DNA from: an uncultured Nitrospirales bacterium
GTDB lineage: Bacteria > Nitrospirota > Nitrospiria > Nitrospirales > NS-4
Length of the DNA: 64,000 nucleotides
Assembly (NCBI GenBank): GCA_964610095.1
Contig: CAZSUT010000002.1
Coordinates: 27,027-91,026 of the forward strand
Reading direction: 5' to 3'
Shown piece after piece: positions 26,985 through 35,699 of the stretch. The translations under genes and the position numbers were made by a program. Under the pieces are notes generated by a model. That model did no database searches. It was not told the origin of the DNA and saw only the letters and a list, made by a program, of their open reading frames with translations. The first letter of the stretch is position 1; each line of letters begins with the position of its first letter.

Positions 26985-28133
26985 ATGAATTGGGCTCTGA
27001 ACACACGTCGCCGATGGGGACCGGCATCGCTCTGGATCACCGGACTGAGCTGTGTCCTATGGGCCCTTCAGGCAGCTCCCGTTGAGCTGACCGCGGCGAC
27101 GGAATTTCGCACGGCTCTCCCCGGTTACAGCTATCGCTTCCCGTTCGATCACGGCTCGCACGACGACTTCCAGACCGAATGGTGGTACTACACCGGCCAT
27201 CTGCGGGCCGCCGACGGCCGGACGTTCGGCTATCAGCTCACGTTCTTCCGGCGAGCCGTCGCGCACGAGGCGGCATCCAAGAATCCCTCGCGCTGGGCTC
27301 TCCGCCACCTGTACTTCGCCCATTTCGCCGTCACGGACGAGACGGGCCGGCGGTTTCAGTTCATGGAAAAGATCTCCCGCGCCGGGATTCGCAAGGCCGG
27401 GGCTGCAACCGGACGGCTGGCGGTCTGGATCGACGATTGGCGCGCGGAGGCCGATGGCGACTCCCATGTGCTCCACGCTCACGGTGAAGGGATCGCGGTC
27501 CACCTGCGCCTGACTCCGGAGAAACCACCGGTGATCCACGGCATCGCAGGCGTCAGCCGGAAGGGCGAGGGTCCCGGCGAGAGCTCGCATTACTATTCCT
27601 TGACCCGCATGCAGACCGAAGGCACGCTCACGTATGAGGGGAAAGCCCGCGCAGTCTCCGGCCTGAGCTGGATGGACCACGAATTCGGCAGCAACCAACT
27701 CGGAGAGTCACAGATTGGCTGGGATTGGTTCTCCCTGCAGCTCTCGGACGCCACCGAGCTGATGGTCTACCTGATCCGCCGACGAGACGGCACCATTGAG
27801 CCTGCTTCAGGCGGGACATGGATCCGTGCTGATGGCTCAGCCATGACCCTGACACGCGACGAGATCACGGTCGCCGAGCTCGACCACTGGCAGTCTCCCC
27901 AAAGCAGGGGAATCTATCCGGCGCGGTGGCGTCTCACTGTCCCATCCGCCCACTTGGCCGTCGAACTCGTTCCGACGGTACCGCACCAAGAACTCCTGAC
28001 GCACCGCAGCACACAGGTCACCTACTGGGAGGGCAGCGTGACCGTGAGGGGCGAGCGGGCGAGCGGGCCGGTCATGGGCCTGGGTTACGTTGAGCTGACG
28101 GGCTACGCCGCGCCGCTGCGAAGGCGGTTGTGA
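26985..28133 (+). CDS. CrtC/AttH-like lipocalin-domain protein (hydroxyneurosporene-synthase family)
   Basis: Signal peptide, then HDDFQTEWWYYTGHLRAADGRTFGYQLTFFR, a hallmark of the CrtC/AttH family. Confidence 0.7.
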   Translation: MNWALNTRRRWGPASLWITGLSCVLWALQAAPVELTAATEFRTALPGYSYRFPFDHGSHDDFQTEWWYYTGHLRAADGRTFGYQLTFFRRAVAHEAASKNPSRWALRHLYFAHFAVTDETGRRFQFMEKISRAGIRKAGAATGRLAVWIDDWRAEADGDSHVLHAHGEGIAVHLRLTPEKPPVIHGIAGVSRKGEGPGESSHYYSLTRMQTEGTLTYEGKARAVSGLSWMDHEFGSNQLGESQIGWDWFSLQLSDATELMVYLIRRRDGTIEPASGGTWIRADGSAMTLTRDEITVAELDHWQSPQSRGIYPARWRLTVPSAHLAVELVPTVPHQELLTHRSTQVTYWEGSVTVRGERASGPVMGLGYVELTGYAAPLRRRL

Positions 28134-28212
28134 GCCACGTCGGCACGCTTGACACTTTTCTGCGTACGCCGGTAGTGTAACTCGCTCGCACTAACATCCC
28201 TGGAGAGCCTCC

Positions 28213-29259
28213 ATGCCCTTTGCGGTACGTGCCGTGGCACTGTTCTGCCTCCTGCTTGCGGTCACGGCCTGTGGAAAGCAGAGCGACACCATCGTGGCAA
28301 TCGCGCCGCATCCGCGGAACCCTGACATCCTCTACGTGGCCACCAACGAATCGCTTTACAAGACCCGCGACGGCGGAGCCACCTGGAGCAAAATGACCAC
28401 GCACTTGAGCAGCTTCCGCGTCCTCACCCTCGGCGTAGACCCCCACAGCCCGGCGAATGTCCTGGCCGGCACCATGGGGGACGCCGTTTACAAGAGCCCA
28501 GACGGCGGCCAAAGCTGGACTCCGCACAACGGCGGCCTCAAGGAACACATCTCGGTCGTCAATCAGTTCGTGTTCCACCCAACCGATCCCGACATCATTT
28601 ACGTCGCGACGACCGTCGGGGTGTTCCGGACCAAAGATGGCGGTCGCCTGTGGGAAGAGCGCATGTACGGGATGAAGGAAGTCCACTACGTCGTCACGTT
28701 GGCGATGGATCCGCACAACCCGGACGTGATGTACGCCGGCACGACCGGCGGCGTGTACAAGACCACTGACGGCACGGCGCACTGGGACAGGGTCAACAAC
28801 GGCCTCATCCCGACGGAGAAACTGGACGCGGCGATGGCGCTTGGCGTCAACAGTCTGGTGACGGACCCCGCGAAACCGGGGACTGTGTACGCCGGCACGA
28901 CCAATGGCTTGTTCAAGACCACCGATGCTGCTGCCTCCTGGAGACGGATCGAAAACGGGCTGACCGACAATTATGTCAGCGTGCTGCTGATCGACCCGAC
29001 CAACCCTAATATCCTCTACGCCGGGACCCGGAAGGGGGTCCACAAGACCACGGACGGCGGCGAGACCTGGAGGCCGTCGAACGAAGGGTTGACCACACTG
29101 AACATCCGCTCGATGGCTCTCAGTTTGCTCAATCCGCAGATCGTCTATGCGGGAACCAATGGCAGCGGGCTGTTCCGCAGCACGGACGGCACAAAGACAT
29201 GGACACATGTCCCGCTCACGCCTGCGCCTAAGGCGTCCCAGCCCGCTCCCACCATCTAG
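28213..29259 (+). CDS. BNR/Asp-box repeat beta-propeller lipoprotein (Ycf48/sialidase-like fold)
   Basis: Lipobox LLLAVTAC. There are at least six repeats of the type (Y/F)K(T/S)xDGGxxW. The antisense 378-aa ORF is rejected. Confidence 0.7.
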   Translation: MPFAVRAVALFCLLLAVTACGKQSDTIVAIAPHPRNPDILYVATNESLYKTRDGGATWSKMTTHLSSFRVLTLGVDPHSPANVLAGTMGDAVYKSPDGGQSWTPHNGGLKEHISVVNQFVFHPTDPDIIYVATTVGVFRTKDGGRLWEERMYGMKEVHYVVTLAMDPHNPDVMYAGTTGGVYKTTDGTAHWDRVNNGLIPTEKLDAAMALGVNSLVTDPAKPGTVYAGTTNGLFKTTDAAASWRRIENGLTDNYVSVLLIDPTNPNILYAGTRKGVHKTTDGGETWRPSNEGLTTLNIRSMALSLLNPQIVYAGTNGSGLFRSTDGTKTWTHVPLTPAPKASQPAPTI

Positions 29260-29452
29260 CTTGACACCTACTACACCTCACCTTGTTCTTTTTAATTACA
29301 TTTGTTCACGCTTCGACCATCCACGAACTTAACGCAGCTTTGTGGTTCTCGGAGTGTCTCGATCAATAGACGTGTTTCCAGTTTCAATCTCTTCGGAATT
29401 TTTGTAGTTGGACTTTTACAGCACGAACATAAAATATTTGTAAAACTTTTTA

Positions 29453-29481
29453 TTGACATGCTTTAAAACGTCTGCTATAAA
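29453..29481 (+). promoter_or_regulatory. Near-consensus sigma70-type promoter (TTGACA, 17 nt, TATAAA) with an A/T-rich UP-like tract
   Basis: TTGACA at 29453-29458, a 17-nt spacer, and TATAAA at 29476-29481. Upstream is aaaatatttgtaaaactttttat. Confidence 0.5.
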
Positions 29482-29691
29482 GCAATCACTTGATTTCGAA
29501 GACGCCCGCCTTGGAAGAACGCAAAGACATCACCGTCAGCCTAGATCATCAGTCACGTCGATCACCACTTCGCTCAAGCGAGACCACCGGTTCTGCCAAG
29601 TGGTGCCAACACGTTCGAAGCCCTGGAAGAAAAACTCCAAGCTGTCTGATGCTCAGGATGAACACTGGACTTTAGAAGGGAGGTGAGATTA

Positions 29692-29727
29692 GTGGCGAAG
29701 AAAAAGGCTGCGAAGAAAAAGAAGTAA
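29692..29727 (+). CDS. Candidate 11-codon Lys-rich micro-ORF (MAKKKAAKKKK)
   Basis: A GTG start lies 8 nt after the GGAGG core of a GGGAGGTGA Shine-Dalgarno. The unit sits about 200 nt downstream of the promoter at 29453 and 18 nt upstream of a strong hairpin. Confidence 0.2.
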   Translation: MAKKKAAKKKK

Positions 29728-29745
29728 AATCCCCTCTAGCATCGC

Positions 29746-29777
29746 GTGCTGGGGGCAAGGCCCCTTGCCCCCAGCAC
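29746..29777. terminator. Perfect 15-bp GC-rich hairpin (GTGCTGGGGGCAAGG / CCTTGCCCCCAGCAC), a possible bidirectional terminator
   Basis: Seen directly in the sequence. It lies between the plus-strand micro-ORF unit and the 3' end of minus-strand lpxC. No clean U-tract follows on either strand. Confidence 0.45.
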
Positions 29778-29889
29778 TCTTAACCCACCTTCACTTTAAA
29801 CACAAGAAACCTCAAAGATCAGTTCAAGGAAAGCAGTAGCGAGGCGTTCGCGACTGAAGCACCGCCGGGCGAGAGGATCGGGCGTCTTG

Positions 29890-30813
29890 CTAATCGCGTT
29901 GCGGAGAGGCGACGAGGGTGGGTGGTAGCTCGCGCAGGCGACCTGCCGGGGCATGAGTTTCACCCGACACGAGCACCCAGTTGTCGCGAGATTCGAGGAT
30001 GTGGGAAACAAGACGGGCATGCAGCGCGTGCCCGGAGCGGATCGCCAGGATCTCTCCGACGACCGGCATGCCCAATAGCGTCATATCGCCGACCAAGTCG
30101 AGGATCTTGTGGCGCACGAATTCGTCCCTGTACCGGAGGCCGCCCTCATTGAGCAGTCCCTCATCTGACAGAATGAGCGTGTTGTGCAGCGACCCGCCGA
30201 GACCCAGACCGACTTCCCAGAGCGCCTCGACTTCGCGGAGAAACCCGAAGGTGCGGGCCGGGGCGATGTCCCGGATAAAACTGTTGGAAGACCAATCGTA
30301 GGTGTAGGCTTGGCGTTGGATCAGCGGATGGTCATAGTCAATGGTGTACGTGACGCTGGTCGTGGAAGCCGGGCGAATCGAAATACGCTTTTCGCCTTCG
30401 GTCACATCAATGGGACGCACGATCTTCAAGTAGGAGCGAGACCGGTCCTGTGCGGCTATCCCCGCTTCCTGCAGCAGGTCCACGAACGGCGTCGCGCTGC
30501 CATCCAGAGCCGGAAGTTCCGGTGCATCCACTTCGACATACAGATTGTCGATCCCCAGGCCTGCGGCCGCAGCCAGGAGGTGCTCGATGGTCTGGACCTG
30601 GACGCCATCCACTCCAATCGTCGTTGACAACAGGGTCGGGCGCACGTTGTTGATGACGGCAGGAACCCACGGCTTGGCGCTGAGGTCCGTTCGAATGAAG
30701 ACGATTCCAGTATCGGGCGGGGCTGGTGTGAGGGTCAGCGACACTCCGCACCCGGAGTGCAAGCCCACCCCCGTACACGTTACCGGATTTTGAATCGTCT
30801 GCTGCTGGCGCAT
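29890..30813 (-). CDS. lpxC: UDP-3-O-acyl-N-acetylglucosamine deacetylase
   Basis: QQTIQNPVTCTGVGLHSGCGVSLTLTPAPPDTGIVF and HALHARL. The ATG at 30813 is preceded by AAGGAG; the ORF-track TTG at 30852 is rejected. Confidence 0.9.
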   Translation of the reverse strand: MRQQQTIQNPVTCTGVGLHSGCGVSLTLTPAPPDTGIVFIRTDLSAKPWVPAVINNVRPTLLSTTIGVDGVQVQTIEHLLAAAAGLGIDNLYVEVDAPELPALDGSATPFVDLLQEAGIAAQDRSRSYLKIVRPIDVTEGEKRISIRPASTTSVTYTIDYDHPLIQRQAYTYDWSSNSFIRDIAPARTFGFLREVEALWEVGLGLGGSLHNTLILSDEGLLNEGGLRYRDEFVRHKILDLVGDMTLLGMPVVGEILAIRSGHALHARLVSHILESRDNWVLVSGETHAPAGRLRELPPTLVASPQRD

Positions 30814-31063
30814 TAGTCTCCTTACTGGTGCAGGCTTGTATAATACTAGCAAGAGTAATACCTACCGATAAGATCCCAAATTTGTTGAGCAACTCATTGA
30901 TTTATTGAAAGTTTGATGACTGCTCGGCTCGACGCTAAAGGTCCGGCGTTAATGCGTCATGTTGTAAAAACCCTTCATTTGTAGCATTTCCCCAGCCATA
31001 GGTGTGTGTTGTCACATCCAACTCCAACACGGCCCTGCCCAGGGAAGAAGACCGGTATAGGTA

Positions 31064-31735
31064 TTAGGGTTTGGGGTCGAGCTCAATCAGCCCCTTGCGG
31101 ATGGCCAGAATGGCGGCTTGCGTGCGGTCATAAACTTGCAGTTTGTGGAAGATGTTCCGCACGTGGTTCTTGACCGTCTTCTCGCTAAGGTCAAGCTCGT
31201 TGGCGATCTCCTTGTTCGTTTTCCCGTCGGCCACCAGGCGCAGCACGGTGATCTCCCGCTCGGTCAGGTCGTGCTCGGTCCGGGCCTGCCTCTTGCCCTT
31301 CCCTTCCGACAACAAGGAGAACTCCGCAAGGATCTTGCTCGCCACGGACGGATGGATGAGGGACTCGCCTTTGTAGATCGACCGGATGGCCGAGATGATC
31401 TGCGCCGAGTCGGAATCCTTCAGCAGATAGCCCGTGGCTCCGGCGCGGACAAGGTCGAAAATGTATTTCTCCTCATCGTACATCGTGAGCGCCACGATGC
31501 CGATGTGCGGAGACTCCCGCTTGATGGCGCGGGTGGCCTCCACCCCGTTCATGCGGGGCATGCTCACGTCCATCAGGATGACGTCGGGCTGTAATTCCCG
31601 CGTCTTCTCCACGGCCTCCTGACCGTCACGAGCCTCGCCCACAACCTCAAGGTCGCCACACTCCCGCATGATTGCCGCGAGGCCCTCTCGGACCACGCGG
31701 TGGTCATCTGCGATCAGGACCCTAATCCGCTCCAC
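31064..31735 (-). CDS. NarL/LuxR-family response regulator (REC + HTH)
   Basis: IRVLIADDHRVVREGL...PDVILMDVSMPRMNG (REC domain) and LTEREITVLRLVADGKTNKEIANELDLSEKTVKNHVRNIFHKL (HTH). Confidence 0.9.
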   Translation of the reverse strand: MERIRVLIADDHRVVREGLAAIMRECGDLEVVGEARDGQEAVEKTRELQPDVILMDVSMPRMNGVEATRAIKRESPHIGIVALTMYDEEKYIFDLVRAGATGYLLKDSDSAQIISAIRSIYKGESLIHPSVASKILAEFSLLSEGKGKRQARTEHDLTEREITVLRLVADGKTNKEIANELDLSEKTVKNHVRNIFHKLQVYDRTQAAILAIRKGLIELDPKP

Positions 31736-32900
31736 GCTGCCGCTCCTCCTCCGGGGTGAGGGGGATATCGACGAGCACCCGGGTGCCGTGTCCCTTCCGC
31801 GATTCCACGCGGGCCGTTCCCCCGACCAGGCGAGCCCGCTCGTGAATCCCTTTCAAACCGAACGATTGCCATTTGGTCGGATCCTGCGCCATGGCCTCCA
31901 TGTCGAACCCGATCCCGTTGTCCTCGATCGTGCCTTTGATCCGGCCTTCCGCGACGGCCAGGGTGATCGTGACCCGCTCCGCCTTAGCGTGCTTCTGGAC
32001 ATTGCTGAGTGATTCCTGCACGATCCGGAATAGAACGATCTTGGTTGTCGGCGCCATTGCCGATTCGGCGCCCGACCACACCAACTCGGTCCGGATGTGT
32101 GACTGCGTCCCGTAGGACTTGAGGTAATTTTTGAGTGCCGGCACCAGCTCCATCGATTCGAAGTAGAGCGGACGAAGGTTGAAGATCACCTGTCGTGATT
32201 CCTCGATGGCCGTCTTGAGCTGAGCCTTGGCGTCGCTCAACAGCTCGAAGCTGTGGGTGGGGTCCGAAAAGATGAGTTCCCGGCACAAGTCCAGTTTGAG
32301 ATTGATCCCGGCCAAAGTCTGGACCAAGCCGTCATGGATCTCGCAGGCGATACGGCTGCGCTCGCCGGTGATGGCGGAGCTGGCCTCCTTTTCATACAGT
32401 TTGGAGAGTTCCTGAAACTTCTTGAGGTGCCGCGTGATCTCGGCGTTGGCGCGCACGCGCGCCTCGATGAGCTGCCACATGAACTTGGCGCTCGTCCCGC
32501 GGATGACGGCCACCCCCACCCGATCGAGTTCGAGCAGCGCGTTCTCAACCCCCGGATTGCCGGTGACGTCGATGATCAGATCCACTTCCTCGGAGCTCAG
32601 CAGGTCGCGGAAGTTCCGCGTCACGGGAATGCCGTAGCGTTTGGCCAGGCGCAGCCCCGGAGCCTTGGGATCAATCTCAGCCACCCCGACGATGCGAACC
32701 AGCGGGTCCGGCGCCAGGATCGTCAGGAGCGCCGAGCCCCCGGAGCCAGCGCCGATAATGGCCACGTTGGTGACGTGCTGGCCAGCCGCCTCCGGACGGG
32801 ATGCGCCATGTTTCAGGGGAGTGGGACGACGGGACGAAGGCTTGGCCTTTAGCGTCATCGCACGCGCTCCTGCATGGAAGGCTGATCGCCCGGTTGGCAC
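31722..32900 (-). CDS. HisKA_3-type sensor histidine kinase with an N-terminal Rossmann-like (GxGxxG) domain and no TM helix
   Basis: H-box ERSRIACEIHDGLVQTL. HATPase motifs are QESLSNVQKHA and DNGIGF. The N-terminus reads VAIIGAGSGGSALL...VRIVGVAEIDP. An alternative start is M15 at 32858. Confidence 0.85.
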   Translation of the reverse strand: MPTGRSAFHAGARAMTLKAKPSSRRPTPLKHGASRPEAAGQHVTNVAIIGAGSGGSALLTILAPDPLVRIVGVAEIDPKAPGLRLAKRYGIPVTRNFRDLLSSEEVDLIIDVTGNPGVENALLELDRVGVAVIRGTSAKFMWQLIEARVRANAEITRHLKKFQELSKLYEKEASSAITGERSRIACEIHDGLVQTLAGINLKLDLCRELIFSDPTHSFELLSDAKAQLKTAIEESRQVIFNLRPLYFESMELVPALKNYLKSYGTQSHIRTELVWSGAESAMAPTTKIVLFRIVQESLSNVQKHAKAERVTITLAVAEGRIKGTIEDNGIGFDMEAMAQDPTKWQSFGLKGIHERARLVGGTARVESRKGHGTRVLVDIPLTPEEERQRGAD

Positions 32901-32930
32901 AGGCGGGAAACGAAGGCGGCGGGGTTCGTG

Positions 32931-33401
32931 CTAGGCCTGTCCCTCTCCACGTTCGCGAAGCAGCCCCTTGACCTCATCCATGAACTGCGTGACGTCCTTG
33001 AACTCCCGGTACACGGACGCGAAGCGCACATACGCGACCTGATCGAGCTGGTGGAGTTCGGACATGACCTCCTCGCCCACCACGCGGCATGGAACCTCGG
33101 CCTCGCCCCGTTCCTGGATACGCTTCTCGATGCGGTCCGCGACGGTCTCCAGCGTCGCCATGCTGATCAGGCGTTTCTCACAGGCTTTCTTCAAGCCGGC
33201 GAGCACCTTGGCCCGGTCGAAGGGCTCACGCCGCCCGTCTTTCTTGATGATCATGGGGAGAACTTCATCGACCCGCTCGTAGGTCGTGAACCGCCGCTTG
33301 CACCCCAGGCACTCCCGGCGTCGGCGGATGGCCTCGCCTTCTTTCGCCATCCGCGAGTCCACGACCTTGTCTTCAACGTGGCTACAAAACGGGCATCGCA
33401 C
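32931..33401 (-). CDS. nrdR: Transcriptional repressor NrdR
   Basis: Zn-ribbon CPFCSH...[14 protein letters not shown] followed by an ATP-cone. The GTG start at 33401 (VRCPFC) lies 17 nt after the glyA stop. Confidence 0.85.
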   Translation of the reverse strand: MRCPFCSHVEDKVVDSRMAKEGEAIRRRRECLGCKRRFTTYERVDEVLPMIIKKDGRREPFDRAKVLAGLKKACEKRLISMATLETVADRIEKRIQERGEAEVPCRVVGEEVMSELHQLDQVAYVRFASVYREFKDVTQFMDEVKGLLRERGEGQA

Positions 33402-33418
33402 CGACGGCCGCCTTCTCC

Positions 33419-34669
33419 TTACCGGTACTTTGCAAAGACAGGAAACTTCCCGCACAAAGCGCGCATGCGCGAGCGCACAAGCCGCCGCACGGTCTCATCC
33501 TGATGATGCGACAGGACCTTGTCAATGGCGTCGGCGATCTTGTCCATCTCCTTCTGCCGCATGCCGCGCGTGGTCACGATCGGCGTGCCAAGCCGGATGC
33601 CACTGGCGATGGCCGGGGGCCTCTCATCATACGGGATCGCGTTCTTGTTGACCGTGATGCCCGCCTCGTCGAGCGCCGCTTCGGCTTCCTTGCCGGTTAT
33701 CCCCTTGGACTTTGCCACGTCCACCAGCATCAGATGGGTATCCGTGCCCCCCGACACGATCCGAAAGCCCCGCTTCTGGAGGTCACCCGCCAGGGCATTG
33801 GCATTCGCCAAGACTTGTTGCTGGTATTTCTTGAAGCCCGGGGCGAGCGCCTCTTTCAGGGCAACGGCCTTGGCAGCGATGACATGCATCAACGGCCCCC
33901 CTTGAAGACCGGGGAAGATCGCCTTGTCCAATGCCTTGGCATACTCAGCCTTGCACATCACCATACCGCCTCGCGGCCCGCGCAACGTCTTGTGAGTCGT
34001 GGTGGTGACAAAGTCGGCATAGGGGATGGGACTCGGATGCAGACCGGTGGCAATTAAGCCTGCGATGTGGGCGATGTCCACCATGAGATAGGCGCCGACC
34101 GCTTTCGCGATCTCGTGGAACTTGGGGAAGTCGAGGGTGCGGGGGTAGGCGCTGGCGCCGACGACAATCAGCCTCGGCCGGCACTCCTCGGCCATCTTCC
34201 GCACCGCGTCGTAATCGATACGCTCGGTGGTCCGGTCCACACCATAGGAATAGGCGTGATAGAGGATGCCGGAGAAGCTCACGCGGCTTCCGTGGGTGAG
34301 GTGGCCGCCATGGGCCAGGTCCATACCGAGGATCGCGTCGCCCGGCTTGAGGACCGTGAAATAGACGGCCATGTTGGCCTGCGCCCCTGAATGGGGTTGG
34401 ACATTCACATGATCCGCGCCGAAGATCTGCTTGGCGCGCTCGATCGCCAGCGACTCGACAACGTCCATGTACTGGCAGCCCCCGTAGTAGCGGCGACCGG
34501 GATAGCCCTCGGCGTACTTGTTGGTCATGAGCGAGCCCTGCGCGGCCAGGACCGCCGGGCTAGCGAAATTCTCCGACGCGATCAACAGAACCTTTTCGCG
34601 CTGGCGGCGGCCTTCCTTCCGGATGGCCTCGTAGACCTCGGGATCGGTCGTCTTTAACGGACTAGGCAT
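33419..34669 (-). CDS. glyA: Serine hydroxymethyltransferase
   Basis: [29 protein letters not shown] and [14 protein letters not shown], which contains the PLP lysine. Confidence 0.95.
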   Translation of the reverse strand: MPSPLKTTDPEVYEAIRKEGRRQREKVLLIASENFASPAVLAAQGSLMTNKYAEGYPGRRYYGGCQYMDVVESLAIERAKQIFGADHVNVQPHSGAQANMAVYFTVLKPGDAILGMDLAHGGHLTHGSRVSFSGILYHAYSYGVDRTTERIDYDAVRKMAEECRPRLIVVGASAYPRTLDFPKFHEIAKAVGAYLMVDIAHIAGLIATGLHPSPIPYADFVTTTTHKTLRGPRGGMVMCKAEYAKALDKAIFPGLQGGPLMHVIAAKAVALKEALAPGFKKYQQQVLANANALAGDLQKRGFRIVSGGTDTHLMLVDVAKSKGITGKEAEAALDEAGITVNKNAIPYDERPPAIASGIRLGTPIVTTRGMRQKEMDKIADAIDKVLSHHQDETVRRLVRSRMRALCGKFPVFAKYR

Positions 34670-35159
34670 GGATGCGTGAGCCTTCCTTGCCGGTGGCCGG
34701 CGCGTCGCCGGAGGCCTCGCTCTTGACCACGGTCACGCTCACCGTGGCCATCACCTGGGAGTGGAGCTTGATCGGCACCGACACGGTACCGAGTTCCTTG
34801 ATCGGATGGCCCAGTTCGATCTTGCGCTTGTCCACTTCGATCCCCTGGGCCGCCAGGGCTTCGGCGATGTCCTTGGCCGTCACGGACCCGAACAGTTTAT
34901 CGTCCTTGCCAACCTGGACGGGAATCGTCACGGCGATGGCGCTGACCTTCTTCGCGAACTCTTCCAGGGAGGCTTTCTCTTTGCGCGCCTTTTCGGCGAT
35001 CACGCGCTTGGCATGTTCGACCGTCTTCAGGCTGCGGCCGGTCGCCTCCACTGCCTTGTTGCGGGGGAAGAGATAATTGCGGGCATAGCCAGAAGCAACA
35101 TCAAGAATATCCCCGATGTTGCCTACTCCGTGCACGTCTTCTCGCAGAATCACCTTCAT
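34662..35159 (-). CDS. rplI: 50S ribosomal protein L9
   Basis: [36 protein letters not shown]. Confidence 0.95.
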   Translation of the reverse strand: MKVILREDVHGVGNIGDILDVASGYARNYLFPRNKAVEATGRSLKTVEHAKRVIAEKARKEKASLEEFAKKVSAIAVTIPVQVGKDDKLFGSVTAKDIAEALAAQGIEVDKRKIELGHPIKELGTVSVPIKLHSQVMATVSVTVVKSEASGDAPATGKEGSRIHA

Positions 35160-35264
35160 TGCTACAACGTCTTGTGGGGAGAAGAGAAAATACTACAGGA
35201 GCAAGGGGTGAAAGTCAACGAACCCTGGCTTGTGATCGCCGTCCTGCTTCGCTAGAATATCAGC

Positions 35265-35699
35265 ATGATTTTCCGCATACTTCTGGTGGCAACGCTCGTC
35301 ACCGTAAGTCCTCTTTTCGGCATGGCGCAAGGGGGTGATCAGACCTTCGATCCCCTCCAGCTAAACATCCGGTTAAGCCCCACCGCATTGCACCCGCCGT
35401 CCCACCTGATCAAGCAGCAATGGGTGTTGGACGGCTATCGCCTTGGACGGCTCGGTCCTCAAGCGCCTCAGGCGGTGATCATCGAAGACGATGCGCGCCG
35501 ACGGTTGCTGATCCTCTCGGCGACAGGCGACGGGCGCGTCCTGGTCTACCAGGTAGGGGACTTGCCGGTGGATGTGGCCGCTCGCCTACACCCGGCTCTC
35601 GTCTGCGTGCGCACCCGCCAGTGTCAAAACCAGCGGATGGACCCGGCTGGCGAACTCGGCTGCCTGGCCCTCTGCCTGCTGGAGCACCTTCACGAGTGA
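35265..35699 (+). CDS. Hypothetical secreted protein
   Basis: Signal peptide MIFRILLVATLVTVSPLFGMAQG. The stop overlaps the next start (GTGA). Confidence 0.5.
   Translation: MIFRILLVATLVTVSPLFGMAQGGDQTFDPLQLNIRLSPTALHPPSHLIKQQWVLDGYRLGRLGPQAPQAVIIEDDARRRLLILSATGDGRVLVYQVGDLPVDVAARLHPALVCVRTRQCQNQRMDPAGELGCLALCLLEHLHE

Noticed and set aside
28072-29208. 378-aa minus-strand ORF covering the BNR-repeat gene.
   Set aside because: The plus-strand frame has a lipobox signal peptide and regular Asp-box-like repeats. The minus-strand product is Arg/Gly/Val-rich without features.
29453-29686. 77-aa ORF (and the 61-aa ORF 29490..29675) in the AT-rich region upstream of the micro-ORF.
   Set aside because: The 77-aa ORF starts inside the -35 hexamer of the predicted promoter. 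It has no Shine-Dalgarno and an implausible Ser/Arg/Thr-rich composition. The region is treated as an untranslated leader or RNA instead.
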